33,462 nt of DNA from Octopus bimaculoides (Eukaryota), in assembly GCF_001194135.2 (NCBI RefSeq), contig NC_068984.1, positions 88,529,643-88,563,104 of the forward strand, in the 5' to 3' direction. Positions 23,533 through 33,462 of the stretch are shown in pieces. The notes beneath the pieces were generated by a model that was not told the DNA's origin, searched no databases, and saw only the letters and a program-made list of their open reading frames with translations. A program made the position numbers and the translations under genes. The stretch's first letter is position 1, and each line of letters starts with the position of its first letter.

Positions 23533-23649
23533 ATGCAAAAACTCGATTTACCATCTGATTATAAAGAAGCTGCGGCGATTGAACGTCGCCGCGACCTGGA
23601 AAGACAAAGGCAATGCCGTATCTTTAATGCTAAAGTACGAACAATCGGA
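23533..23649 (+). CDS. RIBC1: RIB43A-like ciliary microtubule inner protein (RIBC1/RIBC2 family), coding exon 1 (MQKLDLPSDYKEAAAIERRRDLERQRQCRIFNAKVRTIG)
   Basis: 117 nt; donor GTAAGT at 23650; resembles human RIBC1 KEAAAIEARR...RFFNVRNRVMG and RIBC2 RIFNARNRIIG. Probably co-orthologous to both. Confidence 0.92.
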
Positions 23650-24614
23650 GTAAGTAAAGTCGATCAAACCGACACGATTTGCATTCTTATTAAGCTTTCA
23701 TCGAAGCCTCCGTGTTTTTGTTGTTAAAACTCCCCATTATGAATGAATTTCTGAATTTACGTGTTTTTGACTACTCTTCACTATTTTTGTCATTGTTATT
23801 TTTTAAAAATAACATTTATTCCCATTTCATCCTTTTCCTCGGAAATTAAACCTTTTACGTTACCATGACAATGAACTAATCAAAACAAAATATTTTAAAT
23901 AGCTGTATTATAACGTCTGTAATTTGATCGACATTCCCAATTTTATCTCACAAACTCAGACCGCCTTTTTATGATAGCCTGTAACTTATTTGATAATAAA
24001 AGGTAATTTTTGTTTAAATCTCAATTATAAAATGATATAAAACTCGCTAAAGCCTAAGTTTTAGAAAGTACCTGTGAACAGATCACGTCACGACAATGTT
24101 TTTGTTAAAAAAATTGTGCGTAAATTGACAGAAACAGCTGTTATAAGGTCATATATTCCGCTTTCTTATCTCCATGTCCATTAAAAATTACATCTGCTGA
24201 TGGTTGAAAATTTAACTATTGCGTATAAGTAAAATCCTGCTTTGACATAAGAAATGGTTTTCAGAGACAATGTAAACTACCTAATCAGAGAAGGCACCAT
24301 AGAAGCGAGTTACTCGCTATTGGAGAACTCAAGATGCAGACCGCCTCCCTAAAAAAAAAAAAATGCATTCTTATTGATTTCTCAGCCCCTGTTAGCATTC
24401 ATACATTGTTGATGCTTTCCAATGCCTGTCACTGACGTGTTTGTACTCATGTTGCAACGTGTATCCTTATATTTTAGCAAGGTCGGTATGAAGCAAATCT
24501 CACAAGCCTTTAAAAGTCCGTCCTTACACTGCCTTTTAAGCCTCAAGACAATTGAAAAACATCAAAAGTATGAATGTTGATAGCAGTTGAAAAATAAATG
24601 AGGAGGGTCACAAT

Positions 24615-24760
24615 CTGAGTTCATATTCCGCTGAGGTCGACTTTGCCTTTCATTCTACCAGGGTCGATAAAATAAGAACCAGTTGGGTACTGGGGTCGAT
24701 ATAATCGGTTTACCCCACCCCCTGAACTTGTTGGTCTCGTGTTAAAATTTGAAACAATTA
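24615..24760 (+). mobile_element. SINE family A, 5'-truncated
   Basis: ctgagttcatattccgctgaggtcgactttgcctttcat matches the 11841 copy. Confidence 0.8.
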
Positions 24761-25871
24761 TTGTTGCTGTTGTTATTGTCGTATTACAACCTGAGCTCTC
24801 CGTACCAAATCGCTCGATTAGGTTGTTTTACAGTTTTGCAAACTCTATTAAGCTTTTCGAATTTTGTTAAATTTCTTTCACTCGAAGCATTTCAAATTTT
24901 CATCTAAAAATACTTTATAAACAAAAATGCAATCATGTTTTAAAAAAATTTTTTTTTTAGAAATTAATAATATAAAACTTACAAGCATTTAAAGCTATGT
25001 AATTTTGATTAATCAACTACCTCCATTGTCAACATAGCAGAAGTTGCAACCATTTCCTGCCATGGCACCTCCATTTTATCATTGTTTTCCATGAGAAAAA
25101 GTTATGTTTGGAAGGAGTCACTCTTGCTCTTAGTTTCATTTTGTTTTTATATTGCTGAGTGAAAGTGATGATTCATCCCAGGTTATCAGCATGCAAAAGT
25201 ACGCCAGTGTAGAAAACTTGAAAACAATCAAGTGAATAAAAGTGGTTGGAAGAAATTTAACAAGATCCACCATTTCTTATGTCAGAGCAGCATTTTTACT
25301 GATATGGAATAGTTAAATTTGAAGTGATCTTTGATTCACACAAAAATTTAAAAGTTTAATTATAAACTTATATCAAATTCCCTCAAATTATGCAAAGTTT
25401 TTATCATTGTTCTCAATGCGTCAGTTATCATGCCATGGTGTAATCTGTTCACATGTCTTTTCTCAGACTTAGTCCACTACAAGTTCTCAATCTCAGTACA
25501 CAAGACTGTCTTACATATACTGTGGCATGTTTTAACAATTGATGAACAAAATTATTTAATTGCTGATGCCTTAATTCTGTAAATTAGTATTACATTGGAC
25601 CAAATTATGTCTATAAATAATACTGACTCTACCTAATATATTTAGATGACAGCATTGCCTGCAGTAATGGCTCTATAGAAGATCATCACAGAACTTGAAT
25701 GGCATTTCTATCATACATCGAAGATCTCAGTATAGCTTTGTATTTTTTCAAAAAGTGTTTTTTTGGTAACACAAATATTTTCTTGGTTATTGCTTTCAAG
25801 ACAACAAAATAATATTTGATCCTCTTAAATGCCTTCTAAGAAGTACTAGTTTTTTTGTTTTTTTTTTACAG

Positions 25872-27840
25872 GTCATGGAGAGGGTCATAGCCCAACTAAT
25901 TAGGGAGAGAGTGTCTGCTTCGATGAGATGCAGTTCAGTTTTGTGTCAGGTAGAAGCACCACTGATGCTATATTCCTGGTACGGCAACTGCAGAAATACC
26001 TAGCCAAACATAAACCCCTATACATCGCTTTTGTTGACTTGGAGAAAGCCTTTGACAGGGTCCCCCAAATCCCTAATCTGGTGGGCGATGCAGAAACTGG
26101 GGATTGACGAGTGGTTAATAAGAGCAGTACAAGGATGCTGTTAGTAAGGCAAGCGTTGGCAATGAGTATAATGAAGAATTCCAGGTAGAAGTAGGGGTTC
26201 ACTAAGAATCAGTCCTCAGCCCCCTCTTATTCATCATAGTCCTCAGCCCCCTCTTATTCATCATAGTCCTCCAGGCAATAACAGAGGAATTCAAGACAGG
26301 TTGCTCTTGGGAGCTCCTCTATGCTGATGACCTTGCTCTCATAGCAGAATCACTACCAGAACTAGAGAAGAAATTTCAGGTGTGGAAGAAAGGTTTACAA
26401 TTGAAGGGCCATAGAGTCAATCTAGAAAAATTAAAGTCCTACTACGTAGGAAGGCAAACACATCACAAACCCCTTCAGGTAGATGGTCCTGCTTGATCTG
26501 TAGAAAAGGTGTAGGTAGAAACTCCATAAGATGTACCCAGTGTAAGCTATGGATGCATAAGAGGTGCAGCAACATCAAAGAAGGTTAACCAGGAAGATAG
26601 CTTTTGTGTGCGGCAGATGCACTGGGGCAATAAACACCGCAGAGGCTCAGAAAACTGATTCCATCACATGCCAAGTGAAGAAACCAGAAGTAGTTGATAG
26701 CTTCCGCTACCTAGGTGACCAAGTTTGTAGTGGGGGTGGATACTCAGAGAGAATTGTCACTAGAATAAGAATAGCCTGGACAAAGTTCAGAAAGCTTTTA
26801 CCTATACTGGTGACAAAGGGCCTCTCACTCAGAGTGAAAAGTAGATTGTATGATGTATGTGTGTGAACTGCCATGCTACATGGCAGTGAAACATGAGCTG
26901 TGACTGTTGAAGACATGCATAGGCTTGAAAGAAATGAAGCTAGTATGATCCGCTGGATGTGTAATGTCAGTGTGCACACACAACAGAGTGTAATTGCCCT
27001 GAGAGAAATGTTAGGCATAAGAAGCATCAAATGTGGTATGCAACAGAGACGACTGCGCTGGTATGGTCATGTGCTACATATGGATGAGCAGAGCTGTGTG
27101 AAGAAGTGTCACTCCCTAACAGTGAAAGGAGCCTGTGGAAGAGGGAGACCTAGTAAGACATGGGATGAGGTGGTGAAGCATGACCTTCGAACATTGGGCC
27201 TCACAAAGGCAATGACGAAAGACCGAGACCTCTGGAGATATTCTGTGATTGAGAAGACCCAGCAAGTAAAATGAGATCACAGCTGACCCCAGTGTCACAT
27301 AACCAGCCTATTTAAAGAGTACCTTTGAATCGTCGGGCAACATGCCATGCTTGAGGAGACCTATTGAGTCAAGTAAAATCAAAATCAAAATCCAATCACA
27401 ATCAAATGGAAATTGTAGCTGTAGCCGATGCCAGTGTCGTCTGACTAGCTCCTGTGCTGGTGGCATGCAATAAGCACTATGCATGCGTGGGTCATTCTCA
27501 GTGCCGCCTGACTGGCTTCCTGTTTCGGTGGCACGTACAAAGCACCATCCGAACGTGGTTGATGCCAACCCCACCCCGACCGAATCCTGTGCTGGTAGCA
27601 CGTAAAAAACACCATCTGAACATAGCAGATGCCAGTGCCGCCTGACTGGCTCCCATGTCGGTGGCACATAAAAAGCACCCACTACACTCTCAGAGTGGTT
27701 GGCGTTAAGAAGGGCATCCAGCTGTAGAGACGTTGCCAGATCAGATTGGAGCCTGATGCGGTCTCCTGGTTTGCCAATCCCCAGTCAAACTATCCAGCCC
27801 ATGCCAGCATGGAAAATGGATGTTAAACAATGATGATGAT
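25872..27840 (+). mobile_element. RTE LINE, 5'-truncated, about 1.97 kb, disrupted RT plus 3'UTR and (GAT)n tail
   Basis: ELLYADDLALIAES (about 26311-26350), FRYLGDQV, RLRWYGHVLHM, GRGRPSKTW; internal 27-bp tandem duplication at 26211-26264; ends ATGATGATGAT. Confidence 0.93.
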
Positions 27841-28986
27841 AAATAGAGAAGTGATATTTTTATGATGAATTAAAACTTTTAATTAAATGAAACTCTTGTG
27901 CTGTTCCTCAAGAATGGAGAAAATGCTTTCAAAATTATTAAAATCAACTTCAAAAATGCTTGCCTTGATGCTATCTTGCTAACAGTTGACACTGATGCAT
28001 CAGACAATTGCCCTAGTTGCAATATTATCACAAAGAGAATGTGCTATTGCTTTTCTTCTTTTGTCCTTTTCAAAGAGAAAGACATACTGCTTGGAGTTTA
28101 TGACAAACTTACTGATACAGCAATCACAACTGGAAAATAATTGCACTATATTTGTGGTAACAAAAATTCTTGTCTACTATCAGCCATCTGTCTTAACCAT
28201 CTAGATGTGGTGAGAATGGAGACACATGGTGTGGCTACCTCAATATTCTGCAATTACCACCAAAAACCATCTTTTTAAGAGCACAAGAAGATTCTAGAAG
28301 ACTGAATCATCTGGTGATTTGATGCTGATTGGATACATAACAGACCAATTATGTGAAACTACTATAGTTTGATTGTGATGTCTGACTGGCTACTTAACAA
28401 CTTGGTTTCAAATCACTGCTGCAAGTAGTCCCCTCTCAGTTCTTTGCATGAAATGTAAGAATGAAACAGTAAAAACAGAATTTACAGAAAAAAAGAAAAA
28501 CCAACACAAGTATGAAAAGAAAAAGGGAAAAATATGCATTAAATACTGAAAACTTTTTGAAAAAAATGTCCATGTAACAATGAAAACAGTTCATAGAAAA
28601 TGCAAAAATCTGCAGTTCTTTTTCTTTTTCCATGGATACTATAAAAAGAAAACATTTGTGTGTGTGTGTGTTTTTGTAATAATAAAGATATACATGAGTG
28701 TATCTAGCTTGCCAATGTACTTTTCTTCCACTTTTGATTACTCTGTCAATATGAAATGCACTGTCGTTAGATAATGCGTCATGTTTATGTGTAGATTGTT
28801 TGAGTGTGGCAGAAGAGGAAGAGGAATGTGGTGGTAGGGGAACAGACTTGACGAAATCCTGCTTATGTGAATCAACACTGTTAGTCTCCTGTCTCCCCTG
28901 AATTTCCAAAACCATATACTTTGGTTTAGCTTTTAACACATGGTATGGGCTGGAATAAACTGTCTACAGGGGATGCTTAACTGCAT

Positions 28987-30097
28987 GTGTGTACAAATAT
29001 TCAAGTGCTGTTAGATCATGTGAACTCAATAAAACCATCCATACAGTTCACAATGGAAAAGGAAAAAGACAATCAGCTAGCATTCCTGGATGTATTAATA
29101 ACACGTACCAAGTATGGATTCAGGACATCCGCATACCGCATGCCGGCCTTTACTTTACGATACCTCAACTTCAATTCCCACCATCCATACAGTGTAAAGA
29201 GAGGGATTGCTCAGTGCCTAAAACATTGAGCAAAGAAGATAAGTAGTGATCATGAGACACACCACAAAGAAATGATCAAGCTCAATAACAATCTATTAAG
29301 CAACAACTTCCCCCAAAACATACTATCCACTCCAATTATGAAGAAAGGAGAAGATGAAACCAATAAACTGTCCACAGTCCGTCTACCCTATGTGAAAGGC
29401 CTCTCCAAAAAGATACAAAAGATATGACATCAGGACAGTATTCAGAAGTAATACAACACTTTGCAAATATCTCCTTTGAGTAAAACCATCAATAGAAGAG
29501 AATATGACCAAAGACTGCGTGTACTCCATCCCATGCAGCTCTGGTGGGTTATAAAAAGGCAAAACATGCTGCCCCTTCAAAATAAGGGTAGACGAACATC
29601 ACAAAGCTGTGACATGAGGAGATATTGATAAATCAGGTATAACCGATCATGTATGGAAAAATGGAGACCACCTCCCCCTGTGGGATGAAGTTAAGATAAT
29701 AGACAGAGAACACCACTGGAAAATACAAAAACTAAAAGAAGCAGCACATATGCTAGGACACAAAACCTAAGCAGACCGAGTGCAGATATGAGTAGCATAT
29801 GGGAACCAGTATTAAGGAAGGATAGGAAAATATTAGATTTATAAGCCTTAAAATTCACTCCATTACTAACCCCAAGATTCCGAGTTCAATTCCAGGCAGT
29901 GATCTGAATAATAGTAATAATAATAACATCAAAAAATACCTTAGGAATGAGAACCCAGGCTGGAAATTTCCCCAAGACACCTGATGAAGGCTGGAGGGTA
30001 TATCAGCTGAAACATGTTAACAACAAACAAGATGAGGACAAATATCCGTCAAATGTAAATAATGTACATAATTCCTCATCTCTTAAATATAGAACTG
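28987..30097 (+). mobile_element. Penelope-like element (PLE), 5'-truncated: RT thumb, GIY-YIG endonuclease remnant and terminal region
   Basis: IQFTMEKEKDNQLAFLDVLI...YLNFNSHHPYSVKRGIAQCL is a PLE RT tail; downstream VYSIPCS..GKT...RVDEHHKA..KSGITDHVW is GIY-YIG-like; the 3' end matches the 8821-9925 insertion. Confidence 0.88.
29976..30020 (+). ncRNA. Degenerate minimal hammerhead ribozyme motif (PLE type), second copy
   Basis: CTGATGA at 29981, stem II GGCTG/CAGCT, GAAAC at 30009; cleavage-site and stem I region altered (GAAACATGTTAAC). Confidence 0.5.
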
Positions 30098-30253
30098 TAT
30101 CACCTCACATAGATCTTGAAAAATAGAGTTTTATTTCAATGAAAAATTAAACTCTTTTACACTGAAATATATTGCTCATTCATTGTTTTGGTCGAATTCT
30201 AATAAAGGTGGTAATTTAGACTCAATAGTCTTTAAAATATGATAAAGCTCATT

Positions 30254-30455
30254 AAAAGGCGGTGAGCTGGTAGAATCATTTGCATGCCAGACAAAATGCA
30301 TAGTGGCATTTATTCTGGCTTTACATTCTGAGTTCTAATACCATTTCTCATCCTTCTGATTTTGATAAATAAGTACCATTTGATCACTGGGGTTGATGTA
30401 ATCTATTAGTCCTGACCCTCAAAATTGCAGGCATGTGTCTATAGTAGGAAAAAAA
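30254..30455 (+). mobile_element. SINE family A, diverged with internal deletion
   Basis: Head aaaggcggtgagctggtagaatc; core tttgataaataagtacca..ctggggttgatgtaatc. Confidence 0.75.
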
Positions 30456-31345
30456 TTATGATAATCATTGATAAACTTGCTCATTTTTATATATTTCTTG
30501 TGCTTTAACATGGTGTTCAAATTGTATAATCTGAAAATGAAAGAAAGGAACAAATGAATGAATAGAATTTGTACAGTTATAATTTTAGTTTTATTTCATA
30601 TGAGCAAGATAGTATTTAGTAGTAACACATTGCCAGCAGCGAGTAGCAGAAATATAGCACTAAGAAAGAAATATTTTGTATCCTACTAAAATATGGAAAT
30701 ATTTGTAGAGTTGGTAACTTTTTCTAGAAATTATTTAAGGTTTATTCTGTATAAATCAATGTGCAAGTGCTGTAGTGTAATGATGCCATTAACCTGCAAT
30801 AGAAAAATAAAGTCTTCTGTAGAAAACCAAAAGCACATTGCTATGGACATTTTATGTATGTAAATTAATATTTAAATCCATATTAAATTTACTGGCATCT
30901 GAACAATGTTCTCTAAAGAGGTACTGAGTTACATAATCTAATTCTAACAAGAATTATTGGTTTTAAAAGTATTTTGACAATGAATAGAAATTTAATTTCG
31001 AGAACTGCTTTTGCAAACTTTTTTCTTAATTTGAAGTTAACACAAACTTTGATCACAACTACTAAAAATTGAAAAGTAATGTGTGAACAATGGTGAGATC
31101 TGACCTTGTGTATTTGACATAAAATCAATGAATTAATAAAACAAAATGTCTTTAATTATATTCAATAAGGAGAATTGTCTTTCATTTATTTTCATTTGTT
31201 ATAAAACATGGAGCAGTGTCAATAACGTTTAATAAGTCATATCTTTCATCTATAAATTCATTCTTAAGGTTTTATGGTTCTTGTGTATTTTCATTTCATT
31301 TTTCCAAGCCATACACTTTATATTGTTTCTCTTATATTGTTACAG

Positions 31346-31427
31346 TTAGATGTGGATGCCATTGATCAACAGGTTCTAGAGAAGAAGGCTCAAGAAGAAG
31401 ATGAGAGGCGAAGAGAGGATGCATTTA
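31346..31427 (+). CDS. RIBC1: RIB43A-like protein, coding exon 2 (LDVDAIDQQVLEKKAQEEDERRREDAF-N)
   Basis: 82 nt; acceptor TTACAG at 31345, donor GTTAGT at 31428; phase 0 in, phase 1 out, fits both neighbouring exons; resembles RIBC1 VDVQALNNQV. Confidence 0.88.
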
Positions 31428-31578
31428 GTTAGTAACTCTGTTCTTCTTGAACTTAAATTTTGTATTGACTCTACTCAACTGTCATCCAGATTCTTATTCT
31501 TATTTTTAAAAAAATATTTATTTGTTAATGAAAATGTGATTTTGCCGTTAATTAGATGCTTTTGTTTCACAGTTGACA

Positions 31579-31631
31579 AAATGTCTCATCTGCAAATGTC
31601 TCATCTGCAAATGTCTCATCTGCAAATGTCT
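31579..31631. repeat. 15-bp tandem repeat (AAATGTCTCATCTGC) x3.5
   Basis: Three exact copies plus a partial copy in RIBC intron 2. Confidence 0.95.
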
Positions 31632-31780
31632 TCAAATATTTCCTGTTTTAAATGATTTTTTTTTTGAAATTGTATCAACTAAGAATCTTAATTATTTATA
31701 TGTTGTTCCCAAGGTGATAATATAATGTTGTTTTCTTTTATTGATCTAAGATTATTTTTTTATCAATGTTTTCTCTTTAG

Positions 31781-32244
31781 ATTCAGATACTGTAAGGAAT
31801 TCTAAAATTGGCCAGTTGTTGGAAATGCGACAGAATGAGGATATACGGGAACTGAACAAGAGGCTCAATGAATATCGTATGTTGCATCAGCAAGCTGGTC
31901 ATCGCCGAGAATTTGACTTGAATGACCCAGATAGACTAAAGAAGACCTTACCAAATCGAATGTTTGATGATGATCCTAAATGTACAGCATCTAGTTTACA
32001 GAAGTTTGATGGTGAAGATCTGAACAATCCATCTCGTAATCAGTTTCAAAAAGAACAGATGCGAGAGTGGTTAATCCAGCAAATTCAGGATAAGAGGAGG
32101 GCTCAGGAAAATCTGAAAGAAGCAAACCATCTTCATGATTTGAAGCGTCAAGAATTGGATGAAAGACTTATCAGACTTGAGGAGGCTGAGAGATTGTGCA
32201 AAATGAATATTGACAGAGCAACCAGTGATTTTAATCTTGCTCTT
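31781..32244 (+). CDS. RIBC1: RIB43A-like protein, coding exon 3 (SDTVRNSKIGQLLEMRQ...REFDLNDPDRLKKTLPNRMFDDDPKCTASSLQKFDGEDL...FNLAL)
   Basis: 464 nt; acceptor TTCTCTTTAG, donor GTAATC at 32245; in frame with ORF 31816..32271; REFDLNDP and SSLQKF.GEDL are RIB43A-domain motifs. The gene continues beyond the window. Confidence 0.93.
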
Positions 32245-32568
32245 GTAATCAAAATCTTAATTTTCTATTAATTCATTTATTTATTTCAAAAAAGTGGATG
32301 TATGTTTTGAAATTCTATGAGGATGGTAGTAAGCTTCTTTCAGGCTGAGTCTGTGATACTGGTTTAATTCTCAGCTCAGCCATTTTCACTTCATATCACT
32401 CTTCATATCTGTAATTTCCAGCCATAATCAATAGCTTCTGATTGGCTGACTTTCCTTCAATACATGACATGAAAATGAAGCATTTGATGGTATCGTAAAG
32501 ACTCTATAATGATTTCAGGATATTTTTCATTTTTATTTTTGTAAAATTTTAACTATTAGAGAATTTGG

Positions 32569-32777
32569 TAAGGGGGTGCTGAAAAGTTCTTGGTTTTGGG
32601 TAAAAGAAAATACAGGAGGATCAGTTAATTATGATTTTATTGAACATATTTCCCTCTCAGATTCACACACTTATTACAGTGGTCATTCAGTTTTTCTAAA
32701 CCCAGTAAATGATCTTGGAAGGTTCTTGGCCTTTCGCAATACCTTTAAAGCCAGGAACTTTTCAGCATCCTCTCGTT
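32569..32777. mobile_element. Tc1/mariner-derived MITE
   Basis: Imperfect TIRs taagggggtgctgaaaagttcttggtttt and aaagccaggaacttttcagcatcctctcgt, resembling mariner TACGAGGGG...AAAAGT ends; TA at the left end. Confidence 0.75.
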
Positions 32778-33298
32778 TATGCTGAGTTCTATCCCCTTAC
32801 GTTCTTATTTGAAAAATCGTTTTTATCTTTTTCTATAATTTTACTTGTTTCAGTATTAGACTGCAGCATGCTGGGGTACCACCTTGATAATGTCTATACT
32901 TCACATTCATTTTCACCTTTTTTAAACTTAAGTGTTATTCACTCCAGGCAAAACACACAATTCTACTTTGTATTAAGATACTTCCCTGACAAAAGGTATT
33001 ACTTCTACCTCATTGCTGACTAATTAGTGGTTGGGTAGAGATCCATTTCACCTCTACACAAACAAACACAAATTGTTAGAAAAGTATCAAACCCATTAGG
33101 TTAAATGTTTGTCTGAAGTGGGCATGATTATTTGTGATTTCTTTTAGGAAGAAGTTCACTCTATAGATAAGAGCTTGAATGTAGGAGTTGATGTATTTCA
33201 ATATTTGGATTGTTTATAATTCTTGAAAATTATTTACCTTTTAGTCTTGTCCAGCTAATTACAGACTAAAGCACTAAATTATAGTCAGGCATTTTAAG

Positions 33299-33299
<1 letters not shown>

Positions 33300-33331
<32 letters not shown>
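33300..33331. repeat. (TA)n microsatellite
   Basis: Read directly. Confidence 0.95.
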
Positions 33332-33332
<1 letters not shown>

Positions 33333-33333
33333 C

Positions 33334-33462
33334 CAGTGGTGGACTGGGTCTAAAAATATTGGTTGCCAGGAGACTAGGCAGTGGGGCCTACCCACAACTA
33401 CAATGCTATCAGTTTAATTTTTATAACCATGAGAGAAGCCTTTTCGGTAAAAAAAAAATGTA
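33334..33462. mobile_element. Possible left end of a hAT-type MITE
   Basis: Starts CAGTGGTGGACTGGG, resembling CAGTGG-type TIRs; no partner TIR within the window. Confidence 0.3.

Noticed and set aside
28436-28939. 167-aa minus-strand ORF as a nested antisense gene in RIBC intron 1
   Set aside because: No recognisable domain, weak splice signals, and a C-terminal half that is T-rich low complexity including a (CA)n tract. A BLASTP/RNA-seq check could revive it.
32344-32370. Candidate RIBC exon 4 after TTCTTTCAG
   Set aside because: In-frame stop after 7 codons (AESVILV*) and no match to the expected LTENP/GPHR-type motifs.

Overview
Eukaryotic, AT-rich, repeat-rich animal genomic DNA with two N gaps (9194-9203, 21070-21931). 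The SINE/LINE families look like those of octopus (coleoid cephalopod); the species assignment is inference. Two intron-containing genes lie head-to-head with 404 bp between their start codons. On the minus strand are the first 8 coding exons of cohesin SMC1 (ATG at 23128; 1002 nt / 334 codons that splice in frame through GT-AG introns; the gene continues off the left edge). On the plus strand are the first 3 coding exons of a RIB43A-family ciliary microtubule inner protein (RIBC1/RIBC2-like; ATG at 23533; continues off the right edge). This is the same arrangement as human SMC1A-RIBC1 and SMC1B-RIBC2. The shared promoter sits in an AT-rich but CpG-retaining island and carries a near-perfect RFX X-box on the RIBC side. 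The introns contain 5'-truncated RTE LINEs, tRNA-derived SINEs (two with clear 15-17 bp TSDs), a mariner-type MITE, a fold-back hairpin element, and Penelope-like elements (PLE). The most unusual structure is the PLE terminal region, which combines a tRNA-like Pol III promoter head with a minimal hammerhead-ribozyme motif. One such insertion is a TSD-bounded inverted composite whose SMC1-sense arm has lost exactly the hammerhead. All exon, motif and repeat coordinates were read by hand; homology statements come from recalled family sequences, not from database searches.
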